Shown here piece after piece: positions 27,646-35,855 of a DNA stretch of 64,000 bases. Under the pieces are notes generated by a model. It ran no database searches and was not told the DNA's origin. It was given only the letters and a program-made list of their open reading frames with translations. The stretch is from a virus, in IMG/VR virus record IMGVR_UViG_3300035670_000099, positions 1-64,000 of that record; one strand, given 5' to 3'. The first letter of the stretch is position 1, and each line of letters starts with the position of its first letter. Both the position numbers and the translations under genes were made by a program.

Positions 27646-28343
27646 TGGATTTTGCGTTTGATCCAAAAACTCAAAGATTTAGATATACTTCTGGTATTTT
27701 TGCTGGTAAATTTGTGTCTAGAGCAGATGTCCAAGAAATTATAGAAAATGGAATTAAACGATTAAAAACTGATATAAAAACTGTAACTGAATTATTATTA
27801 AATAATAAAATCAGTGTAAGTACTTGGGAATCTACTATGGCTGAGATTATCAAGAAAGGAGACACACAATCTTATCTAGCAGGCAAAGGAGGTAAGTACA
27901 TTTTTAAATCTAGAGACAAAGGCATTGTAGGTAAAGCCTTAGCTGAGGAATATGCTTACTTACGTCGTTTCTCTCAAGAAATTAAAAATGGCAATTTATC
28001 ACCTTCTCAGATAAAAGACAGAGCCAACAAGTATGGAGATTCTTTCTATAAATTCTATGAAAGAGGACGCGCTGAATCTCACAAAGAAGCTGGATTTAGA
28101 TGGGAGAAATGGATAATTGGTGCTTACAACAATGTTTGTCCAGATTGCATAGCTTATTCATTATCTGGTTGGCAATTAATTGGACACTTCCCACCAATTG
28201 GTGTGGCAACAGCATGTAAAATGCGTTGTAGATGCCATAAAGACTATTCTAGTAATGTTAGTAAACCTGATTTAAATTTATTAAATTCAAGACAAGGATG
28301 GATTAATCATGCTGCAAATTATGGAACTTACAAAGTCTGCTAA
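27645..28343 (+). CDS. Minor head / head morphogenesis protein (Mu gpF/SPP1 gp7-like)
   Basis: Follows the portal; VCPDC...P....C..RCRC C-terminal motif. Confidence 0.7.
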   Translation: MDFAFDPKTQRFRYTSGIFAGKFVSRADVQEIIENGIKRLKTDIKTVTELLLNNKISVSTWESTMAEIIKKGDTQSYLAGKGGKYIFKSRDKGIVGKALAEEYAYLRRFSQEIKNGNLSPSQIKDRANKYGDSFYKFYERGRAESHKEAGFRWEKWIIGAYNNVCPDCIAYSLSGWQLIGHFPPIGVATACKMRCRCHKDYSSNVSKPDLNLLNSRQGWINHAANYGTYKVC

Positions 28344-29013
28344 ACGTGTTTTATATATGGGAACTCCTATTCCAGAAGATTTAGATAAAATCAAATCATT
28401 GACAAAGCAAGAATGGGAAGCTGATGAATGGTTTATTGTTCCTTTAAGAGCATCTGATAATTTGGTAAGTCGCAATTACAAAGTATGGCATGACAATGTT
28501 TTAGAACAAATGCCACAGCAATTAATTGGTAAAAGTTTACTTAAAAATCATGATTGGGATAATGTAGAAAATTCTACTGGTTTTATTTTAGATGCTTTTT
28601 TAGCTAATGACTCTTTGCCAGAATATAGTCAAGATAAAATGTACAAAAACTTATCTTTTATTAAAGACAAAGGATATAAATGTGTTTACTGTATTGCTGC
28701 TATCCATGCTTCAAAAGCACAAGATATCATGGATATTAAGACAATGCGGATTAGTAAATGTTCTACTGGTGGTGTCTTATCTGAAGTAGATATTATTTGC
28801 CCAAACTGTTCTGCTGAATATGGTAGAGAAGTTAGCTTTTTTGAAGTAGACGAATATGGCAATTATATCTGTCCTCATCAAATACCAGGTGGATATGATT
28901 ATGACGAGGACGACGAATTAGCTGATTACGCTATTTGGAATGGAGTGTTCGATGGAGTCGAATTGTCCTTGGTTGTTTGCGGCAATCTGTTCAAAGCTGA
29001 AATCATTAGATAG
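28321..29013 (+). CDS. Putative prohead maturation protease
   Basis: Position; LLKNHDW, CSTG and ELSLV motifs reminiscent of HK97-type proteases, with a Zn-ribbon insertion. Confidence 0.55.
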   Translation: MELTKSAKRVLYMGTPIPEDLDKIKSLTKQEWEADEWFIVPLRASDNLVSRNYKVWHDNVLEQMPQQLIGKSLLKNHDWDNVENSTGFILDAFLANDSLPEYSQDKMYKNLSFIKDKGYKCVYCIAAIHASKAQDIMDIKTMRISKCSTGGVLSEVDIICPNCSAEYGREVSFFEVDEYGNYICPHQIPGGYDYDEDDELADYAIWNGVFDGVELSLVVCGNLFKAEIIR

Positions 29014-29313
29014 TTCCTCTAATTCTTCACTAGAAATTAATTGATAAGTCACAGGCATAATAATCTGTGGTAATATCAAATCTCCTACATCTTCCTGTGT
29101 TGGAACTGGGAAGATGTAAAAATCTTTGAACTCTTTAATCTCCGCCCATGTCGTAGTTTTAACAGCATTTATATCCGGCTCTCCTGTCTCCGCATTCACA
29201 GATATTATGCCTTCTGGCGTGACTAATTCTGGTGGAAACATAGATGCTAAAGTGACATTAATATAATTTAATGCCGTTTGTGCGTCTTCTTTGTTTGTGA
29301 ATTTGTAATACAT
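28918..29313 (-). CDS. Small tail-fibre-associated protein
   Basis: Coupled to 29315-31120; 3' end overlaps the convergent protease gene by 96 nt. Confidence 0.55.
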   Translation of the reverse strand: MYYKFTNKEDAQTALNYINVTLASMFPPELVTPEGIISVNAETGEPDINAVKTTTWAEIKEFKDFYIFPVPTQEDVGDLILPQIIMPVTYQLISSEELEELSNDFSFEQIAANNQGQFDSIEHSIPNSVIS

Positions 29314-29314
29314 A

Positions 29315-31120
29315 TTAAACAGAAGCTAATTGAATGTTGGAGGAAGTTAAGCCATTAGTTGTGTAATTGAACTCTTGGAAACTTCCATAGAATCCTAATC
29401 TTAATAATACTTCAGTTTCATTAACTGCGGTAGTTGTAACCATAATACTAATTATTGGTAATTCAGTAGTAGTATCTGTGGATATTCGTAAGTTTGTAGC
29501 AGTAATCGATATTCTTTTAACATATCCATAAAGAGTTCCTATGTATACAGTAGCATTTGTAACATTTATCGAATTAAGAGTAATTGTTTTTGCGTTACTG
29601 AACATAACACATATTATGCCATTTATTGTCTGAGTTGTTAAATTAGTTATTGTTTGATTGCTAGTTTGATTGGTAGCTAAAGTTACTGGAGTCCATGCGG
29701 ATACATTGCTACTACTAACAGTTAAACCACTATTAGATCTATAACTTCTAGTTACTTCAGTTGTTAAAGTAGTTGGTGCTGCTCCTAATGGAATAGTTAA
29801 ACTTTTCTTAGCCACAATCCAGTAATATGCTTTTTGCCCTGATACTGTTCCGTTTGAAAAGTTGTATTGTACTCCATTTAATAATTCATTGGTGTTTCTT
29901 AATGCTTGCTCCCATGTCTTCCACCTATTGTTGTAAGTATCTATTTCAGCTGCGTGCTGAGTTCTCATTTGCTGTAAATCAATGTTACCACTTAAATAAC
30001 TGTCGATTATTGCATTCCAATTAGAAATCGTGTCTTGTGTGTTGGTTTCGTTAAGATCAGCCTCTGGGCGACGGTTTTCGTGAGTTAATATTGCTGGGAC
30101 ATCATTAAAAATGCTTGAAACATTTATTGATTTACTAAGATTGTTTGCAAATCCAGCTGCTATTGATATTAAAATATTGTCTAGTGATAACGGTGTTAAT
30201 GGGCAATTCCGCCAAGCAAATTCCATACTACTCACATTCCGAGTATTAAGTGCAGGGAATGATGTTAATGAGGTGTTGTCCCAAGTCGCATACATAGTAT
30301 ATACATTTTGAGTATTAATCGATGGGAATGATATTAATGAGCCGCAATATTGCCAAGCAGTTTGCATTCTACCCACATTTTGAGTATTAAGCAATGGGAA
30401 TGATGTTAATGAGGTGCAACCATACCAAGCAAGTAGCATATCAGTCACATTCTGAGTATTAAGCAATGGGAATGATGTTAATGAGCTGCAACCATACCAA
30501 GCCGCATACATACTAGTCACATTCTGAGTATTAAGCAATGGGAATGAGCTAACACGACAAGCAAAAAAACTGTTATTAGATTTAGTTACCCAAAAATTGT
30601 CAAGTGTAATCGCATTACTGTATTTAAGATTTTGGGATTTGCTTCCAAAATAATTTTCTATAACAGATCTATGATTTGGGTTAGATGTAATAACAATTCC
30701 TATAACTTTTAGAAAAGCATTTGAAGTGCCTGGTTGAAAATTTGCTTTAGTCCAAACATTTAAAATAGTATTAGCACCAACACTAATAGCAAAATCAAGC
30801 ACACCATGATCTGCATCAGCAATATAAACAGTTCCATTAAAAGCATTTGTCCCAAAATTTATTAAGAAATTTCTAATAGGACTCATGTTTATAGTTCTTA
30901 ATCCAGTGCCAGTAGCAGGATTATAAATTGGCTGTTCACTACCAACAGTTTGTGTAGCTGGTACATTATTAACACTCCTATCCCCCCAGCTGGTTATATT
31001 ATTAGTGCCAGAAGCTAATGTAATTGTAGAAGTAGCTGTAGCATCATAAAATCTTAATACTTCAGGGAGTATTGATGATATATCAGCTGTTGCGTTTGTT
31101 TTAATTGCGATTTTGCCCAT
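29315..31120 (-). CDS. Tail fibre/receptor-binding-like protein with BspA/DUF285-type leucine-rich repeats
   Basis: YDAT..STIT...ITSWGDRS...ATQ....QPIY N-domain plus five SFPLLNTQNVTxMxxAWYGCxSLT repeats. Confidence 0.7.
   Translation of the reverse strand: MGKIAIKTNATADISSILPEVLRFYDATATSTITLASGTNNITSWGDRSVNNVPATQTVGSEQPIYNPATGTGLRTINMSPIRNFLINFGTNAFNGTVYIADADHGVLDFAISVGANTILNVWTKANFQPGTSNAFLKVIGIVITSNPNHRSVIENYFGSKSQNLKYSNAITLDNFWVTKSNNSFFACRVSSFPLLNTQNVTSMYAAWYGCSSLTSFPLLNTQNVTDMLLAWYGCTSLTSFPLLNTQNVGRMQTAWQYCGSLISFPSINTQNVYTMYATWDNTSLTSFPALNTRNVSSMEFAWRNCPLTPLSLDNILISIAAGFANNLSKSINVSSIFNDVPAILTHENRRPEADLNETNTQDTISNWNAIIDSYLSGNIDLQQMRTQHAAEIDTYNNRWKTWEQALRNTNELLNGVQYNFSNGTVSGQKAYYWIVAKKSLTIPLGAAPTTLTTEVTRSYRSNSGLTVSSSNVSAWTPVTLATNQTSNQTITNLTTQTINGIICVMFSNAKTITLNSINVTNATVYIGTLYGYVKRISITATNLRISTDTTTELPIISIMVTTTAVNETEVLLRLGFYGSFQEFNYTTNGLTSSNIQLASV
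30190..30550 (-). repeat. Five coding tandem repeats (72 bp, 24 aa; one of 69 bp)
   Basis: GAGTATTAA anchors at 30241, 30310, 30382, 30454 and 30526. Confidence 0.9.
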
Positions 31121-31136
31121 TGGTTTCTCCTTTTAA

Positions 31137-33434
31137 TTAATATGCAGCTCCAACGCCTTCAAATAAGTAAGTAAAGGCAGCAATATTTCTGTATTCAACA
31201 CCATTTGCATCACTATGAGTCACAATAACTGTTTGTTCCAAGGTATTAGTATATGTATTTGTTGTTATCGCTTCGGTAGTTGTTGAAGGAAACTCATAAT
31301 TAAACACTGCTGTTTGGCTGCTGCCGGCACCAATATCATTATTAACGCTTCCTTTTAACACTGTAACAGATTGATTATTGGATGATTTATCTACAACAAT
31401 CGAAGGTGTTGCATTACTAAGGGGAAGAGTTACAGCATTAACTCTTACAGTATCTCCTATAGATATATTATTAAAAACTGCGCTATTTGCGGATAAAGTA
31501 AAGTAACTTCCCCCTGCTCCAGCGGCATAAGTGTTGTCTGCTGCTATTGTTAATCCAGAAATAGACGATTGATTTTTAACTGCATTTAGATTAAATGTGA
31601 TGGTTAAAGTGCCATTATTAACACTTGTCCAAACAGATAAAGGACTTCCTATTCTTCTTAATTCAGGAGAGCTGCTACTTCCAGTCCATCCAGATAGAGT
31701 TATATCACCACCTACAGTATTAACTATACTTGTGTATCTTGATTGTTTTTTAAAACAGATAAGAGCATTTGCTATAAAATAATTTGTCCAATTTGTTTGT
31801 GATGCTTCTGGTATTCCTTTTAATGTTATTCTGCATTGTGTGGTAGTAGGAAAAGTTAATTCACTGTTAACAAGTGCGCTACCAGCAAAATTTACAGCAT
31901 TTCCAAGTCCTAAAGGAGTGCTTCCACCGTTGAAGCTAAAACCAAAATTAGCTTGATAAGGTAAAGTTACCAAACCACCTAATTTTGTATGATTCCAGTT
32001 AGAATATAACTTTATTGCAGACACTTGCGCTATTGCTAATTCACCATATTCTGATGTTAGATAATTTACTCCACTAGGATAACTATAATACAATCCATGA
32101 GTTATGTTTGTTCTACTTGGATTGAACAGTTCTCTAAATCCAGTAAAGACAATGCCAGTATTGTTTGTTCCAGTATATTTACTAAAATAAAGATATCTAA
32201 GTTTTCGCATTGCGCTAACTTTAAATGCATAAAGACTAAGCGACAAATCAGAATATAATTCCTCAAGATTTATGCATTTATGTAAATTATTTACTATTGA
32301 ATTAACATCGAAAGAACCTTCTATAATCAAAGATTTTAGACTTTGTAAAGGTAGTGGTGCTATACCAATTCCTGGGCCGAATCTAGACTGAGTAGGACTA
32401 TTTGAACTCCTTAATTGTAGTTCTTCCAACTTACTTAAATTTGTTCTTAATGTTGTATTATTTGCTCTAAATCTAGTCAAACTAGTTTCTGTACCTGTCA
32501 TTTGACAGATAATTTTTAATCCTCTTATTTCAGTAAAATTATTAAATTTTAGTTTAACAACAATAGGAACTTGAGCGCCTATAACTTTGTCATTAGGTGT
32601 TGTTTTGTAACTATTATCAAGTTGATCAATAACTCTATTTGATTCATCCGGAAACTCTATTGTAAATGAGGCGTTTTGCTGTAATTTAACATCAAGTCTT
32701 GTCAATGTGCTTGCTATTGCTGGATTAATTTGTTCAGGAGTGTAATAATAATTTTGTGAACTATTTGTTAATCCATTGCATAAAATCCAAATTTCTTTAT
32801 TATCCCAGTCTGGAACAGTCACATTAAATCCAGAGCCTCCTTCTAATCCAAGATTAATGATTGAATTGCCTTCGTATCCACAAGCAGCTACTACATATAA
32901 ATGTGCATCTGTGTAAGATATTGTTTTCTTGGCTAATTGAGTAGTATCGGCATAATAGGTTACTTGATCTCCTTTCACTACGATAGATAAATTATTTATT
33001 CCAGGCTTAGGGAGAACTTGAGTTAATGTATTTTCGTGAACAATCCATAAGCTATCGTTATTTGTCATTGGACTATGGATAAAACCATAAGCAACAGATC
33101 TAGCAATTGTGTTGATATGTGTTGCGTATAAAGGTGGTATTCCAACTGTAAATCCACAAATAGCACTTAATGGATTGCTAGCTGTATTGTTTTGAAATCC
33201 AAACTCAAGTCTGCCATCATACGTGGCTTTGGCAAGACGTAAATTTAGCATTTTCCACTCAGCAGAGCTGACAAAAGGATTATTGTATCCGCTTCTACTG
33301 CTATTTCCGTAAAATAATGTCCATATGGTGCCATCGACTCCGCCAATAGCATTATTTTGATCAGGAATTTGTGTATGTTTATAAACAAATTGTCCGTTTG
33401 TATTTGTGTTTCTAGTTAAACTATTTGTAGCCAT
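31137..33434 (-). CDS. Virion appendage / tail-fibre-like protein, paralog B
   Basis: 765 aa, S/T/N-rich, LRR-like middle; tandem duplicate of 33531-35855. Confidence 0.7.
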   Translation of the reverse strand: MATNSLTRNTNTNGQFVYKHTQIPDQNNAIGGVDGTIWTLFYGNSSRSGYNNPFVSSAEWKMLNLRLAKATYDGRLEFGFQNNTASNPLSAICGFTVGIPPLYATHINTIARSVAYGFIHSPMTNNDSLWIVHENTLTQVLPKPGINNLSIVVKGDQVTYYADTTQLAKKTISYTDAHLYVVAACGYEGNSIINLGLEGGSGFNVTVPDWDNKEIWILCNGLTNSSQNYYYTPEQINPAIASTLTRLDVKLQQNASFTIEFPDESNRVIDQLDNSYKTTPNDKVIGAQVPIVVKLKFNNFTEIRGLKIICQMTGTETSLTRFRANNTTLRTNLSKLEELQLRSSNSPTQSRFGPGIGIAPLPLQSLKSLIIEGSFDVNSIVNNLHKCINLEELYSDLSLSLYAFKVSAMRKLRYLYFSKYTGTNNTGIVFTGFRELFNPSRTNITHGLYYSYPSGVNYLTSEYGELAIAQVSAIKLYSNWNHTKLGGLVTLPYQANFGFSFNGGSTPLGLGNAVNFAGSALVNSELTFPTTTQCRITLKGIPEASQTNWTNYFIANALICFKKQSRYTSIVNTVGGDITLSGWTGSSSSPELRRIGSPLSVWTSVNNGTLTITFNLNAVKNQSSISGLTIAADNTYAAGAGGSYFTLSANSAVFNNISIGDTVRVNAVTLPLSNATPSIVVDKSSNNQSVTVLKGSVNNDIGAGSSQTAVFNYEFPSTTTEAITTNTYTNTLEQTVIVTHSDANGVEYRNIAAFTYLFEGVGAAY

Positions 33435-33530
33435 TGATTTTGTCCTGTATTTTTAGAATTGTTTTGCAGTTTAACAATATTGCTTTTAAGTAAAAAAATA
33501 GAAGTAACTAAAACATTATAAAACATTTGG

Positions 33531-35855
33531 TTAATATCCTCCCCCAACGCCTTCGAACATGTAAGCAAAGGCAGCAGCCATATTTATGTAACTGCCTCCT
33601 GAAGGATTCCAAGTTACAATAACTGTCTCATCTATATTATTGGTATATGTCAATGTATCTGTTATTGCTTCGGTGGTTGCTGAAGGAAATTCATAATTAA
33701 ACACTGCTGTTTGGTTGTTGCCGGCACCAATATCATTATCAACGCTTCCTTTTAACACTGTAACAGTCTGATTATTGGAGGATTTATCTACAACAATCGA
33801 AGGTGTTGCATTGCTAAGGGGAAGAGTTACAGCATTAACTCTTACAGTATCTCCTATAGATATATTATTAAAAACTGCGCTATTTGCGGATAAACTAAAG
33901 TAACTAACTCCTGTTATGCCAGCATTATAAGCATTATCTGTTGTTATGTTTAAACCAGAAATAGATGATTGGTTTTTGATTGGCTTTAGATTGAATGTAA
34001 TATCTAAATTGCTATTAGCAATGTTCCAAGCGTATGAAGTATTGCCTACCCTTCTTAGTTCATGATTAGTGCTAGTATCTTTCCATCCAGACAAAGTCAC
34101 ACCATTGACTATTTGATCATATCTAGGCTGCTTTTTAAAACAAATCAAGACATTTTCCGTAAAAAACCACACCCAACTTGCTACTGATGTTTGCTCTATT
34201 CCTTTTAATGTTATTTTGCATTGTGTGCCACTGTTAATAAAGCTTAATTCGCCATTAACTAATTGCCTTCCAGCATAATTTGGATTATTTCCAAGCCCCA
34301 AAGGATTGGCTCCACCATTAAAAATAAATCCAAAATTAAGCATTCCAATAAATGTTGTGTAGTTAGGAGTTGCAGTATTATTAAAGCCTAGTTTTGTGTG
34401 ATTCCAGCCATATAATTTTATTGCAGAAACTTGTGCTGTTGCTAATTCAGCATATTCTGGGACTAAAATATTTTCACCACCACTAGGATAAGTATAATAC
34501 AATCCATGAGTTATATTTATATTGCTTGTTCTATTTGGATTAAACAATTCTCTAAATCCAGAAAAAGTAATACCAGTTGTGCCTAATCCAGTGAATTTAC
34601 TAAAATAAAGATATCTAAGTTTTCGCATTGCACTGATTTTAAATGCATAAAGACTAAGAGATAAATCAGAATATAATTCCTCAAGATTTACACATTTATG
34701 CAAATTATTTACTATCGAATTAACATCAAAAGAACCTTCTATAATCAAAGATTTTAGATTCTGTAAAGGCAATGGTGCTATACCAATTCCTGGTGCAAAT
34801 CTAGACTGAGTAGGACTAGCTGAGCTTCTTAATTGTAATTCTTCTAAATTGTTTAAGTTTGCTCTTAATGTTGTATTATCTGTTCTAAATCTAGTCAAAC
34901 TAGTTTCTGTGCCTGTCATTTGACAGATAATTTTTAATCCTTTTATATCAGAAAAATTATTAAATTTTAGTTTAACAACAACAGGGATTTGAGCATTTAT
35001 TGTCTTGTTATTGGGTGTTGTTTTGTAATTATTATCGGATTGAGTAATAGCGGTAGTTGATTCATCCGGAAACTCCATTGTAAATGAGGCATTTTGTTGC
35101 AACTTAACATCAAGTCTTGTTAATGTGCTTGCTGCTATTGGGTTAGTTGTCTCATGAGGAGTATTGTAATAATTCTGAGAACTATTTGTTAATCCGTTAC
35201 ACAAAATCCAAATTTCTTCATTATCCCAATCCGGAAGACTTGCATCAAATCCGCTACCATTTTCTAAGCCAACATTTACGATTGAATTTCCTGCATATCC
35301 GCATGCGCCTACTACATATAAATGCGCATCTGTATAAGTTATTGTTCTTGTACTTAATTCAGTATCTCCTGTTTTGTAGGTTACTTGATTCCCTTCTATT
35401 GTGATAGACAAATTATCTATTCCGTAAGTGCCAGACAATTGGCTTATAGTGTTTTCATGTACAATCCATAACGAGCCGTCGTCTGCCATGGGATTGCGGA
35501 TAAAGCCATAGGCAACAGATCTAGCAATTGTATTGATATGTGTTGCGTATAAGGGAGGTATTCCAGCTGTAAATCCACAAATAGCACTTAATGGATTGCT
35601 GCTGTTGTTGCTAAAGCCAAACTCTAGTTTGCCGTTATACGGAGATTTAGTAAGACGTAAATTTAGCATCCTCCACTCAGCGGAACTGACAAAAGGATTA
35701 TTATATCCACTTCTACTGCTATTTCCGTAAAACAATGTCCATATACTGCCGTCTTGTCCATAAACAGAATTATTCTGATCAGGAATTTGTGTGTGTCTAT
35801 AAACAAATTGTCCGTTAACGTTTCCGCTAGTTCTAGTTAAGCTATTTGTAGCCAT
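33531..35855 (-). CDS. Virion appendage / tail-fibre-like protein, paralog A
   Basis: 774 aa; long blocks identical to 31137-33434. Confidence 0.7.
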   Translation of the reverse strand: MATNSLTRTSGNVNGQFVYRHTQIPDQNNSVYGQDGSIWTLFYGNSSRSGYNNPFVSSAEWRMLNLRLTKSPYNGKLEFGFSNNSSNPLSAICGFTAGIPPLYATHINTIARSVAYGFIRNPMADDGSLWIVHENTISQLSGTYGIDNLSITIEGNQVTYKTGDTELSTRTITYTDAHLYVVGACGYAGNSIVNVGLENGSGFDASLPDWDNEEIWILCNGLTNSSQNYYNTPHETTNPIAASTLTRLDVKLQQNASFTMEFPDESTTAITQSDNNYKTTPNNKTINAQIPVVVKLKFNNFSDIKGLKIICQMTGTETSLTRFRTDNTTLRANLNNLEELQLRSSASPTQSRFAPGIGIAPLPLQNLKSLIIEGSFDVNSIVNNLHKCVNLEELYSDLSLSLYAFKISAMRKLRYLYFSKFTGLGTTGITFSGFRELFNPNRTSNINITHGLYYTYPSGGENILVPEYAELATAQVSAIKLYGWNHTKLGFNNTATPNYTTFIGMLNFGFIFNGGANPLGLGNNPNYAGRQLVNGELSFINSGTQCKITLKGIEQTSVASWVWFFTENVLICFKKQPRYDQIVNGVTLSGWKDTSTNHELRRVGNTSYAWNIANSNLDITFNLKPIKNQSSISGLNITTDNAYNAGITGVSYFSLSANSAVFNNISIGDTVRVNAVTLPLSNATPSIVVDKSSNNQTVTVLKGSVDNDIGAGNNQTAVFNYEFPSATTEAITDTLTYTNNIDETVIVTWNPSGGSYINMAAAFAYMFEGVGGGY

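Noticed and set aside
31137-35855. Diversity-generating retroelement (TR/VR pair)
   Set aside because: No reverse transcriptase in the window, both copies are full coding genes, and the differences are not adenine-specific.
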